From assembly GCF_001194135.2 (NCBI RefSeq), contig NC_068982.1:35184097-35248096 (forward strand): DNA of 64,000 bases. The letters run 5' to 3'. Source of the DNA: Octopus bimaculoides. Lineage: Eukaryota. Positions 12,641 to 27,480 of this stretch are shown piece by piece. Made by a program: the position numbers and the translations under genes. Each line of letters begins with the position of its first letter. Within the stretch, counting starts at the first letter, position 1. The notes beneath the pieces were generated by a model. That model did no database searches and was not told the origin of the DNA. It saw only the letters and a program-made list of their open reading frames with translations.

Positions 12641-12685
12641 GTCCACATATGTGAGATTCTCAGAAAATCTATTCCTATTCATATA

Positions 12686-12797
<112 letters not shown>

Positions 12798-12969
12798 TAT
12801 AAACATATATGTATGTTTGTATTTGTGTTTGAAAGTGTAGATCGCTTAATTTGTAGGTCAGTCTGTTCAGTTGTGAACGCCTGTTGTAGCTGGTTTTTCG
12901 ATGCTATCTGCTCCTGATGTATGTTGTCACCAGATGAGTGAACGCCTACCGTCCTCCAACTACAAGACC

Positions 12970-13011
12970 ACCAGACCGTACGGTTTCGACTTGTTTTTTG
13001 TCATCCACGGT
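12970..13011 (-). ncRNA. Degenerate type I hammerhead motif upstream of the PLE fragment
   Basis: Minus: ACCG-TGGATGA-caaaaaacaagtc-GAA-ACCGTACGGT-C-TGGT. Palindromic stem III, GUC site and stem I are intact; core and stem II are damaged. Confidence 0.45.
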
Positions 13012-13489
13012 TCCAACGGAATAGTCATGTTTAAGCGGCAGTAAGTATTATTTCTCAGTATAGTTACTGCTTTTACCTCTTATAGGGAATTTTTAACTAG
13101 CTAATTTGCAAGCTGCAGATAATCATCTCGAAATATAAATATGATATTAATTTCTGGTTATGCATATTGCTAAGGATCTGATCAATCAAACTAGTACACA
13201 CGTGGGAATTTCCCAGTGGTATATGGACTAATTGGCACATATATTTAACCCGCAATATAGTTCTGAATTAGAAGTGGCGTATATCATAAGACATACCATT
13301 GAATTGCAGATATAGTTATTCAGCGAGATGCATCACCGTTTCATATACGCATTTTCTCAACAGATTGTATGTATCACTGTGAGGCTTTTGATAATAACAA
13401 GGTTTCACATGATTCCTCGCCGTAAGATCGAAACAGACTACATAATCAGCAAGGACACTAACAATATTTCCGTCGTAGTGTCTATAAAA

Positions 13490-13803
<314 letters not shown>

Positions 13804-15070
13804 GGAGAGATAAGATCGTGTCTCTAATGTGAGTTTGATAATAATTATTCGACTTAATATGGTACAAGTTTTAAAGTAGACATCTGTTTCGCATCTTTAT
13901 TACCCTTGACGATCAGATAATCAAGAGCTGCAAAGTTCACATCTTATCTGTAAATTTCTTTAATAGACACTGTAATCTTCAGAACTATAGATGGTTTCTG
14001 TTTTTCGTGAAAAAGTAATATATTTAAAGTTAAAAAAAAAACAGAGAAATAATTTCCTTTTTCGTAAATTTTCCATATCATTTTCGTGAATAGAAGTGTG
14101 AAACTAAAAGGAAACCTCACGGGTATTCTAAAATACTTAAATAATAGAAGTCTATAATGGGTTCCTTATTTTAGCTGCCAGCTGCATGTGTTCTGCTTAC
14201 ACTTGGCTTTCGCTGAAGCGATCTATTATTCTTTTACTCTCCTCTCTCTCTCTCATTCCCTCCCTATTTTTCCTTGTCTCTACTTCTCTCAACCATTCTC
14301 ACTCTCACTCTCTCTTCCTACTCCTTGGAAGTAAAACGAAACAGGTGAATATTTCCTACGGCATCTTACGTACATTTCATTGACGTACATCTTACGTACA
14401 TTTCATTCATAGCTATGAATCATATAGGAAAATTGTTACAATTTGACTGTCAAGTCAAATCTTCAGAGACTTCGCGACCTCACTAGTATTTTTTGTATTC
14501 ATTCCGGGAAGGCAATGACGTTGTCCTATCAACTGTATTTTATTAATAAAAAAATCAGCTTTTATACAACCTGTTTTGAGCAGAAATGTCATATCGGTTT
14601 GTGTTGACAATTAGTCTTAAATAAAAGAGAATCAACTGAAATAGCATCAGAATCACTGTAAATGTTTGGTCTGAAGTTTTTAAACTATGATAGATTATTT
14701 TGAATGTCCTTTATTTTGAAGTTCATTAATACATATGACGAAAACTGTTTCTTTATAATGATGTAATGTTTGCATTCAACAATTAAAGGAGTCGTTGGAA
14801 ACGACCATAACCTTTACATTTGCTGTTACTCATTTTATTAAATTCACATTTCTCAGAATCTGCCTTTCGTAAATATTGTCTGAATAGCTCAACAGCAGAT
14901 TTCTTTACTCAACAGGGTCTAACTGTCTAGTTACACTACATGAATATCTTTCGGCCGGTATTTGAGTACCAAGTTTGATATTTACATAATATTGCTGTGC
15001 GTGTATATTATTCCAACCTAACGAGATGCTTCAATTTAAGTACCTAATTCAACTGAATCTTACTTATATT

Positions 15071-15120
<50 letters not shown>

Positions 15121-15159
15121 TATGTATGTATATATTAATGTGTGTATATCTTTTTTTCC

Positions 15160-15325
15160 CAAAAATCACCGCTCGGCAACCGGTGTTGACTCGTTTAGAT
15201 TCCCGTAACTTAAAGGTTTGGAAAAAGTGAATGATAGAATAAGCATTAGGCTTAAAAAATAAATCATGCATCGATTTATATGACGAAAACCCTTAAAGGT
15301 GGTGCTACACTCAATAAGTGAAACA
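15160..15325 (+). mobile_element. SINE family B 3' fragment (degraded)
   Basis: CAACCGGTGTTG...CCCGTAACTTA...GATAGAATAAG..TAGGCTTA matches the family B tail. Confidence 0.65.
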
Positions 15326-18299
15326 AGTAAAAGAATTAAAGAATAAACAAATTTATTCCAAAATACTCTTTTCTACCAACAGATAAATTGCACCTTAATT
15401 TTTTGCTTGGAATTTCCCTGAATTTCCATAAAAATTCTCAGGGCGCTATTCATGCATTCCATTTATTCATAACCCTTATTCTAACGCGTTTTCTAATGCT
15501 CCTGTGTTGCTAAATATATTTCAAAATTACTTCTCAGAAGAATAAGAATAAACTGAAATTATGCATCTTAATTTAATGCAATAAATTTATTGTTTTTTAA
15601 ATACCAATCAGCTATTTCACTTTAAGGTAAATACAAGTGTCACTTTCCTGTTCAGCATTCTTTTGTTTATCCTCTTTTGTTTTTTGTTTTTTTTTTCCTT
15701 TTCTTTCTCTTATTTACTAGTATTTTCCCTTTCTCAAGATTATTCTCCTCTAACTGCTACATTTCTTATACCCATTATCTCCTTCACTCTCCACCTATAT
15801 TATTTAGACGAGCCATCAATACTATGACGGCTCGTTTCCCATTACAGGAAAATGTACTCAATTTTTCGTATAATATCAAATACACATTTTATGGTACATT
15901 TTTGTACATATTTTTTATCGTATTTTTAAAATGTCATTTTAGTAGGTTTATTATACTTGTATTTATGATGTAAATTTATTAATATTGTAGTCATTACATT
16001 TGTGTATTATTTATAGTATTTTAATGTTTATTGCATCTTTGTTGTTTTTACTGTACTTTTATTGAATTTTATTATGTCTTCGTATTGCTTATGAGTTTTT
16101 ACTTTTCATTTTATTTAATTGTTTTGTATTTTTCTTGTATTTCTTTTATTTTTTATTTTATTACATTCTTAATACATTTATCGTAATTTTTTTTAATGTT
16201 TGCATTGAATTGTTTTTATGTTGTTTTGAAGTAAGTTTATTATGTTTTATTATTTTTCCTGTAATTTTATAAATTCTTTCTAATTTCATTGCTATTATAT
16301 TGCATATTCGTATATTTTCCTTTTATTCTTAATAAACACTTTTATAATATTATTCGATTTCATATTATTTTAATTTTTAAATGTCCTTTAGTTGCTTCCG
16401 CGATAACTATCACCTCACATGCACACTCATGTATTCACATTCAGAGATATACACATACGCACACTCATATATATATATATATATATATATATGCATACAT
16501 TTTTGTCTTACTGTTTCTTGCTTTTCTTCTGTATCCTCTCTTCTTCGTTATTTGTTTCTTCCTCCCAGTCCGCACAATCAGTTATATGTCATAATGCCAA
16601 CAGTCTATGAAGCAATGGTACACTGGTCTATTACAAGTATATCATTTCTTCGATATATTTATTTCCCTTCTGTCTTTTGTTATGCTTCCTCAATCTCTCT
16701 GCCTCTTGTCATACATTCGATTTCGTTTCTAATTTCAATAAACACTGCCTTTTTCATACGTTCTTTTTTTTTTAACCCTTGTGATAAAATAAAAGATATA
16801 TTTCTCCATCGCTCCGTAAGCATCTGAATCTCTTTACTCCTTCCCAATTTTCTCCCTGTTTTTGCTTTTTTCTTGCATGCATTTTCTCAAATTATCTTGT
16901 ACCCCCCTAATTAATCAACAGTACAATCTTTATTATTATCGATGATGAAATGTTGAATAACTATAAGCCGGCAATTGGAATATTCAATCACATCGAAATA
17001 TGGTTACCTGAAACTTAGTGTAATGACGGTAATAATCTGTCTTATTTAATGCAACAATGGTTATTCGGTGCTGTTGGAGGGAACAAAACGTACCCACGTC
17101 TCTAATCATAGGTTTGCTGAAACAAATATTCTAAAATTTTATAAACTTATTTTATGTTATCGAACACAACAACTTTAGCAGTGTAATAATGTTATATTTT
17201 TATATGCACTATCTGCATTTCAATACTCTACAACGAAAGGAAATAACACTAATGCATTCCAGTTATGACTAATCAATATATTTACAATATATCAATCTAA
17301 ATTATTCACATAATTTTAATGTATATATTGTAAAGTGATGAAAAAATTTAGATGGTGTTCTATGATATTAAATTCAAATGTTGGCACAAGGGCAGTAGTT
17401 TCGGTTGAAGGAGTAAGTCAAGTATATCAACTCAAGTATTCAGCTACAGTATTATCAACTGTGGTGATCGCTTCGCTTGGTAGTGGAAGTATTTCATCCG
17501 TGAACAACTTTTGCAAATAGACAAATTATTAGCTAATGTTACTGTGGACAATTTTGCGAACTTTCAGGAAATATAATTAGAATGTTATGTTGTGGAATAT
17601 CGAAGTGAAAATTTTTTAAAACATGCATCCATTTCAGTGAAGATATCTTGGTAGTTGGACAAAGTAGCTGACGGATATATCGAATTAGTTCCTTTGATGT
17701 TGTAGAAACTTGCTAATGCTGCGATTGCCTACTGATCAAGAAGTGACAAATTGTATTGTATGCATGGTAAACAGAGAGAAGGGAATTTCACATATATCGA
17801 CTTAGAATAAAACGGCAGACTACTACAATCATCACAGAGGTAGCAGTACTGGAGGGTCAATTTAAAAAAGAAAAATTGAGACGCAGATGAAGGCTGGAAG
17901 AAACGAAAATGGTGTACTGGTGATATCTTAGAATAATTCCCCAGCTCTATAGCCTTCTAGATAATCTTATGTCTCATATGATTATATTGAAATTGAAAGA
18001 GGGGACAGTAGATAAAGGTCGAGTTATACATTAGTTAAGAAGTGCGAAATTCGTTGGTTCTGCAAGAGATAATTCGAGTAAGGTGTGCGAATCAAATAGA
18101 GGTGAACTCTAAACTTAATGTTGATTGAATCAAGTTAAATTAATTAGCTATGGCGATTTTTGTGTTGAAATTTTAAGAAAACTTTCAAACGGGTGGGAGC
18201 ATCGTATTAATAACTTATTAATTAATTTAGACCTGCAAATAAGGACATTCAACGCCACACCCGAATACACATCGCAGCTACTTCCTTTGCTTTCTCCTG

Positions 18300-19170
18300 T
18301 ATAGACAGACTCTAACTGAAATAGGCCAGGAAATTCAGTAGTCTAAAATTTTCTCCACGAGATTGCCAGATGAACTTAGCTACCGATGGGATATGTTCCT
18401 GTCTTTTGAATTTAAAGATGTGAAATATGGATATAAAAATTGACCTCTAATTTGGAAGATGTTATTACAGATTAATATTGGACACTCCTTGTCAACGATT
18501 AGAACTCTTCATTAATTCCTTAACATCTAGATACACATAGTGCAGAATACATCTTAGATATCCTATACACTGAACCGAAGTTATCATAAAACATTGCTAA
18601 AAGATTGTTAGACCATTGTCACCCTAAGTAAAAAGCAATATTAAAATTATATGCATTGTCTTATGACTATCGGTTCCAGTATTGAAAACTTGTGAGAGAG
18701 TCGTGGAACTGTAGTCAAATGTTGTCAGAATCGATGCATTATAGATACATACAGACCAACCAACACACCATTTTCTATATCTTTGTTATATAAGTAAGCT
18801 GGGTTTTTTTTATTTATACCCATATGTTCTTTTCTTTATTTCGTCTTTGTATGAACTTTTTTTAATATATTATTTCATTCATAATCTAAATCAAAATATC
18901 TCAGCGGTCACCAACAATTCAAATCATGAGAAGAGTATTTTTTCTATATTCTCGATGAAAGACCACAAATTTATAGCCCTGCTATTGTTTTTTATATATA
19001 TAAAACTTTATTTAATATATTGTTCTGTATTATATTCGATTTTCTGCTTTATAATTGCTTGCAGTTTTCATTGTAAATTCTTTCAGTCTGTCTAGTTTAT
19101 TATCTAAATCGACTTGAAACGTCTTAAAAGGAGAAATAAAGTTTTATGAGTTTCATCATATTTTTATCTT
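18300..19170 (+). mobile_element. Possible highly decayed Penelope-like 3' region
   Basis: Weak GIY-YIG-like fragments (IYALSY..; YFIHNLNQN), then GAAACGTC and AAATAAAG at 19115-19140. Very degenerate, boundaries uncertain. Confidence 0.3.
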
Positions 19171-20531
19171 TCTCTTAGAATAGCTGCCATATAATGTAAT
19201 TAGCTTCAACGTACAAATTGCCAAACAAAAAAGATACGACAGATAGAGAAATGAAAGGGGAAAGAGAGGTGGTTTGAGAGGATAGAGGGGAAACATTAAG
19301 ACCCTTTCGGCTATTTAAATCTCTCCTTAGATTATACTACTATGTTTGAAAAGTAACTTTATGTTGCTTCTATTGTAAATGATGTCAAATAAGTAGATAT
19401 AATTAAAGCATCTTCAAATGCATCAATACAGATACATTCCTTGTGAATGCAAATCAAATACCATAGAGAAAGGAAGAATGATAAAGAGGGAAAAAAGAAA
19501 GTAGTGTAAGAACAATTTTCATGATTCAATCAAATAACTTTCGATCCTAAGGGAATGTGTTTGCGGTCGACAGAATAAAGACAAAGGACAGATTAGTGGC
19601 ATAAATATACCTCTATATAAATAAATACACTGGTTTACTTCATTGGTATTATAGCCTACTTTAAAAGATACCACAAATCCCTGGAGATGTCTAAAATTCT
19701 TTCAGAGTCTCTCCATGGTTTCTATTCTATCCGTCTATCGAGCCCGCTATCTTATAATTGTTACCGTTGCCGTAAACAATCCCAAAATGAAGAGTAAAAC
19801 AAGCGTAACAAAAGAAAATGATAAGGAAACAATTTTAAGTCAGTTTATTCTGAGTTTTCTGCTAACACTATATGCATACACATACATACACACACACACA
19901 CACATACACACACACATACACACACATATACGCATATGAAACTACATATATATATATGTATATATATGTNNNNNNNNNNNNNNNNNNNNNNNNNNNNNNN
20001 NNNNNNNNNNNNNNNNNNNNNNNNNNNNNNNNNNNNNNNNNNNNNNNNNNNNNNNNNNNNNNNNNNNNNNNNNNNNNNNNNNNNNNNNNNNNNNNNNNNN
20101 NNNNNNNNNNNNNNNNNNNNNNNNNNNNNNNNNNNNNNNNNNNNNNNNNNNNNNNNNNNNNNNNNNNNNNNNNNNNNNNNNNNNNNNNNNNNNNNNNNNN
20201 NNNNNNNNNNNNNNNNNNNNNNNNNNNNNNNNNNNNNNNNNNNNNNNNNNNNNNNNNNNNNNNNNNNNNNNNNNNNNNNNNNNNNNNNNNNNNNNNNNNN
20301 NNNNNNNNNNNNNNNNNNNNNNNNNNNNNNNNNNNNNNNNNNNNNNNNNNNNNNNNNNNNNNNNNNNNNNNNNNNNNNNNNNNNNNNNNNNNNNNNNNNN
20401 NNNNNNNNNNNNNNNNNNNNNNNNNNNNNNNNNNNNNNNNNNNNNNNNNNNNNNNNNNNNNNNNNNNNNNNNNNNNNNNNNNNNNNNNNNNNNNNNNNNN
20501 NNNNNNNNNNNNNNNNNNNNNNNNNNNNNNN

Positions 20532-20578
<47 letters not shown>

Positions 20579-23004
20579 GACAGAGTGTGTGAAAGAGAGA
20601 GGGGGGATGAAGTGAAGAGAGTGTAGAGGAAGAGAGACGAGTTTGTAGAAATAGTAGAAAGTCCTACAGAAAGAAGAAATCAAAGGGAAATATTAAATAG
20701 AAAGAGTTAAATCTCAATACGATAATCGAATATAGGACAATGAAATAAATGTTACAATATACTCATTAGTATACGTTCATTTCGGATAGAATATCGTATA
20801 ACACTTGTAAACTGACGTCACTGACTTGCTTTCAAATTTATTTTACTATTCGATATTGTTGAACTTTAGATGGTAACACCCTTGAAATTTATACAAAATA
20901 TTGATTTTTGTTTTGTATGTTATCTGCCAAAAATACCACAGGTGGTTAATTATACTTGACAACTGCACCAGTGTGTTGTGACAGTGCTGACATGTTGTTA
21001 TCAAATGGTGCAATTAAACTCGCCGTGACTATCGCAGGAACACCAGGATATTATACGTGGCCCAAACGCTACGGTATTGGCAAATAATGTTTGCTGGTAA
21101 TCTTGGGTCTACACACACCTTGTAACTAAAGTCACTGAAGATGATGGACTGACTGGTCTGTCTTTGCAAACACTTATGTAGTTCATCTTGTCTCTCTGTC
21201 TCACTTCTGCCCCCCTCTCTCTCTCTTTCTGTCTTTGCCAGTAATTGATGTAGTGTGTTTTGTCTCTCTTTGCCAGTTATTAATGAAGAGTATCTTCTCT
21301 TTCTCTGCTGGTATTACTGTCTCTTTCTCTGTCATTATTAAGGTAGATATATCATCTCCTTCTATCAGTATTAGCATAGAATCCCAAACATACTACATTA
21401 AGAACATGCCTTCATTATGGAATTCAACTTATGTGATAAATTCTAAGCGACAGTAAGCACACAACTACGAATTCTACCGTCATATAAGTTAACTGTTGGA
21501 TTTTGAGCATTTTAAACATGTAGTGTAAAGCATGTTGCATAGCATCCGCCAAAATTCAATCAATCTAAGCTCTTTATTGCATATGTACATTAATTATGTT
21601 ACGTAATATCTGATAAATTATTTGGTCAGCAACAAATACTATGGTCAATTTACGGAGAACTTTATCAACATTTATGAAACATATTTACTTTATATATCAT
21701 GTAAGGTCGGAATATGTGCATTTTATCTCTACTCAAATTCTGTCTTAAGAAACCATTAACACCCTATGTATCTGCAAAAGATTTTTCAAACGTCTGACTC
21801 TGCTTAAATGTAATCTTTTCGTTTTTCTTTTTCGGGGTCACGATATTTTGAAGAAATAATCATATAAAAAGTGGTATTATTTTTTGTTATCTAGCTGATA
21901 TATTATGTAAGCTAGCTTTCTTATTTTTTTCTTTCCTTTACCCATAGTAACAATTATTATTAAGCGCATAAGTCTTTATATCACGTGGTTGTGACTAGTA
22001 GTGCCAAAGAAGGTAATGAAATAACAAAATAAAATCAAAGGAAAGATGATGTGTTAAAAAAATGTAAAATATTGTGAATTTGTGGGTTGGTAAAATTATG
22101 AAAATAATTATAGATTATTGGAACTTCTTAGCACTTAGAGTAAATTATTGATAAAAAATATAATAAAATATTGAAACTCATTGATGAAATTAAAACCATA
22201 ATTAATAATAAAACATTAGTGGAACTTAATAAAAAAAAGCAATGAATAAAAAGAAAGATCACTAAAGGCTTAGGGTTGTTAATGAAGGGAGGGAATTAGT
22301 TATTCATTGTATGTGAGATGAGGTTGAGAAAAAAAGGGAAGAATGCTGGAAATAATGAACATTTTCATAACAATTGTGAGAAATCGATAACATAGCGGAG
22401 CGAAAATAATACGGTAATAATACAATAAAATTATCTAATAAATAAATTGAATAAAAATATAATTTAATAACAATAATATGATAATGGTTCAAGGATGATA
22501 AGAGGGGAATGTGGTGTAGGGACAAGAATGATATAGAAAAGTTGCTCAACAAAACTTAGGAAAATAGGAAAAAAATACGTGAACAATATATGAGTTACAA
22601 GAGAAAAAATAGGGAAAATATACACGTACCATAATCGAATAATAGGAGAGAATGCACGAAAACACAAATGACAAAACAAGGGTGGACGCAATGATTTGGT
22701 TACTATGTTGTAACACATGAGGTAGGGTGATGCCCATTGTGACACGCTGGCATTAAAAGTCAAGAGAGAAGATGAATCAAAGAACTAGTCAGGATGTGAG
22801 CTTACTAAAAAGTGGATGAGAAAGGTAGATTCAAGGTATGTATTTGTATATTGCAGTATGTAGCGTGAGTGAATGAGGTGAGGGTGAAAAATTAAGTTTT
22901 ATCTAGGAAAGGATGACGTTGTAATTTGTAGGGTTCCTTCAAACATGTGTAGTATGTGTGTGCGTCAAACGCATAGGTACAGACAAATATATATGCGTGT
23001 ATAT

Positions 23005-23387
23005 TGTTGGCACTCCGTCGCTTACGACGTCGAGGGTTCCAGGTGATCCGATCAACGGAACAGCCTGCTCGTGAAATTAACGTGCAAATGGCTGAGCACT
23101 CCACAAATACGTGTACCCTTAACGTAGTTCTCGGGGATATTCAGCGTGACACAGTGGGAAAAAGTTGACTCTTTGCATTACAGGCACAACCGAAACAGGA
23201 AGTAAGAGTGAGAGAAAGTTGTGGTGAAAGAGTACAGCAGGGTTCACCACCATCCGCTGCCGGAGCCTCGTGGAGCTGTTAGGTGTTTTCGCTCAATAAA
23301 CACTCACAACGCCCGGTCTGGGAATCGAAACTGCGATCCTATGACTTCGAGTCAGCTTCCCTAACCACTGGGCCATTGCGCCTCCAC
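23005..23387 (-). mobile_element. tRNA-derived SINE family C, full length
   Basis: Minus head GTGGAGGCGCAATGGCCCAGTGGTTAGGG...GTTTCGATTCCCAGACC (box A/B); homologous copy at 40578-40897. Confidence 0.9.
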
Positions 23388-23734
23388 GCGTGTATATTAT
23401 ATATGTACCAAAGCACACACACACACAAATACACAAACACGCAAACACTCACATATACAAACAAGAATACACCATATACATATATGAATGCATTCATATA
23501 TCCGGAGTAAAAATTACTTTCTAAACCTTTCTTCGTTTATATGTTTGCTGAAATTTTCCCTATATCATAACTTTTTAGCTTCTGTCTTTCTCCTTTCTCA
23601 TAAAGGTCTAAAGTCCGAAATATTAATGACATTCTGAATTAAAGCTTTAAGCCAATAATTTACATGTCAAATATCATTCTTTAAATGTCGTTCGTCTTAA
23701 TGTCTATGATTTATATTTCTCAAATACACACACA

Positions 23735-23771
<37 letters not shown>

Positions 23772-24241
23772 ACGCAAATATGCATATATGCATACAAGTA
23801 ATATATACATATAGATGGTTGTATATGGATATATTATCTATATGTACTTTTAATGCGGTTACANNNNNNNNNNNNNNNNNNNNNNNNNNNNNNNNNNNNN
23901 NNNNNNNNNNNNNNNNNNNNNNNNNNNNNNNNNNNNNNNNNNNNNNNNNNNNNNNNNNNNNNNNNNNNNNNNNNNNNNNNNNNNNNNNNNNNNNNNNNNN
24001 NNNNNNNNNNNNNNNNNNNNNNNNNNNNNNNNNNNNNNNNNNNNNNNNNNNNNNNNNNNNNNNNNNNNNNNNNNNNNNNNNNNNNNNNNNNNNNNNNNNN
24101 NNNNNNNNNNNNNNNNNNNNNNNNNNNNNNNNNNNNNNNNNNNNNNNNNNNNNNNNNNNNNNNNNNNNNNNNNNNNNNNNNNNNNNNNNNNNNNNNNNNN
24201 NNNNNNNNNNNNNNNNNNNNNNNNNNNNNNNNNNNNNNNNN

Positions 24242-24276
<35 letters not shown>

Positions 24277-24984
24277 TACATGTATGTATACATTCATAGA
24301 CAAAAGAAAGAAATCTCGAACATGCAAATCTAATTAAACAGTTGTGAAAACACCGTTAATAATTTGAATATTTTTACCCGATGTCCATATGTTGTTACAT
24401 TAATTCTCCGGCGTTCTAGATTTCCTTCATATTTAAAACTATCAACTTTCTCGACGCTTGAATGTCTGCGTGCGTGTATATATAAGCAATGAATATTCAG
24501 ATGTGAATATTCATAAATATATTATTGTTAATAATATCTACAGCAAATATAACATATTGATAATAATAACAGTAATAATAAAGAAAGATGATTACAGGCA
24601 TGTCAAAGCCCCCTGTATGTGTGATTATGTATGTTGATGCACACAGGAATATACAAATCAAAAATATAAGTACATGTATATTTTTGTGACTATTTAGCAG
24701 AAGCAACAGCGTCACTCAAATACCGAGAGTTTCCTACTTTCGTATTTATCAAAAGTTGATATGTGCTAGCACAGGAAACGCTCGGTTCTTGAATGATTCT
24801 GTTGCTTCTGCTAAATATTCATATATCTCTCTGTGGGATAAACCCTTCGTATTTCAGGCTTCCGCCGCGAGAAACCATTTCATGCAAACACCAGGCATCA
24901 GTATGTCGACCGGTTTCATCAGACAAGCTCGTAATGCTACGTGGTACACCTTTGTTTTGCAGTCCTTCTCCGATCTTCGTTGAT

Positions 24985-25635
24985 TTTCGCGTTGGCTCAA
25001 AGGAACAGCATGCTTCTGTGAAAGACTGTCTTCTGCGGGAGAAAGTGGCAGCCAAAACAGTTGTCATGCTTCGAACAGCTTACAAGGACGCTGCCATGAG
25101 CAACACACAAGTTTACAAGTGCTTCCACGCTTTTAGAATGGTCACTTGTCACTTGAAGACTTCATGAAAATTGATGAACATTCACCGATCACTTGACACA
25201 CTTCTTGATATGACTGATGTGTCCTGGAGCTCCTGCTAATGTATTTTGAGCGATAAATTGCAAACTAAAAGAATTGCAGCAAAATTTGTACCACGCTTGC
25301 TCATATAGGTTTAAAAGTAGTCACGACTGAATGCGTGTCGTGGACTGAAAGAAGAACCGGAAGTTGATGTGGATCTGTTTTCGAGGATCATCACTGGTGA
25401 GGAAAAGCTGATGCTACGCAATTAACAGATGTGGAAGAAGTGAAAAATAAAGCGACGGAGTCGTTAAAAGGCATTACTTCGCAAGAGTTCCAGCACTGAT
25501 TCGAATCGTGGAAAACGAGCCTGGACCGTTGAGTTGCTTCAAATGGAAAATAATTCGCAGAAGATAGACTGTGAATATGTAAAGCTAAGTGAATAAAATA
25601 TATCGCAAAATTCCAATTTCTTTTTGTGCACCCCG
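24985..25635 (+). mobile_element. Internally deleted mariner (DD34D) with right TIR
   Basis: EQHASVKDCLLREKVAAKTVVMLRTAYKDAAMSNTQVYKCF, KRIAAKFVPRLL and SRIITGEE, then a jump to the C-terminal DVEEVKNKATESLKGITSQEFQH*FESWK. Ends in AATTCCAATTTCTTTTTGTGCACCCCG (TIR-like). Confidence 0.88.
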
Positions 25636-26329
25636 NNNNNNNNNNNNNNNNNNNNNNNNNNNNNNNNNNNNNNNNNNNNNNNNNNNNNNNNNNNNNNNNN
25701 NNNNNNNNNNNNNNNNNNNNNNNNNNNNNNNNNNNNNNNNNNNNNNNNNNNNNNNNNNNNNNNNNNNNNNNNNNNNNNNNNNNNNNNNNNNNNNNNNNNN
25801 NNNNNNNNNNNNNNNNNNNNNNNNNNNNNNNNNNNNNNNNNNNNNNNNNNNNNNNNNNNNNNNNNNNATATATTTATATATATATACAAGCACAAATTTA
25901 ACACCTGATCTGATGATATCGCTCTGGAAACAATTTAGCATACTCCATTAACTCAGTTCAATAGATATTGATTTTGTAGTCCTCATTTCGGACTTTTTAG
26001 ATGTAATCTTCTTTTAGTCATTTTCAACAGCTACGCGATAATTGCATTTTGTCATTGACATACACATTTGATGATCAGTGAGAAGCTCTTTTCGCTCTTC
26101 ATATACGGATGATCTTTTTCTATGTAGATTCTTCTCTATCTCATAAAGTATCCATGACAATCTCCAACCTAAGATACATCACAGAAAGGGTGGGTAGTAC
26201 ACAGGCGTCGCTGAAGATTTGATCAAATTTGCAGCGATCGAAAGCTTACTTCAGGAAATTCATTCATAATTTGTCTTTTGTTTTCTGTGCAGTTGTTAGA
26301 TGTACCGAGTTTTAGAACCTGAAGTGCTT

Positions 26330-26520
26330 CAGTATACAGAAGCATCTCGTCTGTGATCAAACTAAATGATTAGCTATCGAAACTGATTCATTCATACGCT
26401 TGCTTTGTCTTTACCGATCTCCTCTATATTTACTGAATCTCTTTCTACTGCTGCAGAAGCTGGAACGTTGTGAAGTATTGTGCACAAAGTCGGTGGCTGG
26501 AGGAAACTATCGGTATATGC
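26330..26520 (-). mobile_element. Possible hAT-type transposase C-terminal relic
   Basis: Minus LHNVPASAAVER and, in the adjacent frame, FSKY resemble the hAT dimerisation motif P-x-S-S-A-x-x-ER-x-FS. Weak. Confidence 0.25.
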
Positions 26521-26860
26521 AAACGATGAACATTGTGAAGCATGGTGTACAGAATCGGTGGAGGAAATTATCGGCATATGGGAAAGATCCTTTTTTTCTT
26601 CCTTTTTTGTTTAGGGGGGCGGTTTAGTTTAAATACAGTACATTGTAACTTCGTGTCTTTCTGTCTAGACTTGTTTCTTAGACTCCATTTGAGCATATAG
26701 GAACTGTAAAGTGCTACTGGAACGGTTACAATATTGAGATATAATTTTTTGAACATGTCTTTCATTCGTGTGCACTGACAGAATATTAACTTTGATTCCT
26801 ATGTAATTGCATATAATTTTCAATTTTCATTTATTGATTTATTGTTTTATTTCTATTCAT

Positions 26861-27480
26861 TTATTTGTTTCAGTCGTTTAACTGTGGCCATGCAGGAGAA
26901 CCGTATTAAAGGATATATATTCATAGAAATAGTCCCCAAGACTTATTATTTGTATCGCTCTTCTTTGGCAAACCGCTAGGTTATGGGGACACAAAGACAC
27001 CAGGATCTGCTGTCAAGTGGGAGATATAAACATAGACACAAAGATACATACATAAATATATATATACATATATGTGTATATATACATACACACACACACG
27101 CANNNNNNNNNNNNNNNNNNNNNNNNNNNNNNNNNNNNNNNNNNNNNNNNNNNNNNNNNNNNNNNNNNNNNNNNNNNNNNNNNNNNNNNNNNNNNNNNNN
27201 NNNNNNNNNNNNNNNNNNNNNNNNNNNNNNNNNNNNNNNNNNNNNNNNNNNNNNNNNNNNNNNNNNNNNNNNNNNNNNNNNNNNNNNNNNNNNNCACACA
27301 TATATATATCCATACATACATACAATAAATATACACATATATGTAAGACGGGCTTCTGTCAGTTTCTGTCAAGCAAATCCACTCTCAATGTTTTGATCGG
27401 CCAGAGGCTATAGCAGAAGACACTTGCTCAAAATACCAGTAGCTGAGAAGTAAGCTTCTTACCAGACAACCACGCTTTTG
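26861..27480 (-). mobile_element. SINE family B spanning an assembly gap
   Basis: 3' part at 26861-27000 and 5' part at 27345-27480 match family B; the internal microsatellite runs into the N gap. Confidence 0.75.

Noticed and set aside
19075-19125. GAAACGTC with upstream AGTC/GACT pairing
   Set aside because: No recognisable CUGANGA core remains.
15660-22900. Strand-asymmetric T-rich (15660-16900) and A/G-rich (22000-22900) tracts
   Set aside because: Consistent with decayed simple repeats; no periodic unit or coding signal found.
23310-23387. tRNA-like sequences with box A/B (also 3110-3183, 60933-61010, 61995-62070)
   Set aside because: These are SINE heads continuous with SINE bodies, not complete cloverleaf tRNA genes.
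24905-24922. CTGATGAAACCGGTC on the minus strand (collapsed HHR-like)
   Set aside because: No stem II and no stem I; lies just upstream of the mariner relic.
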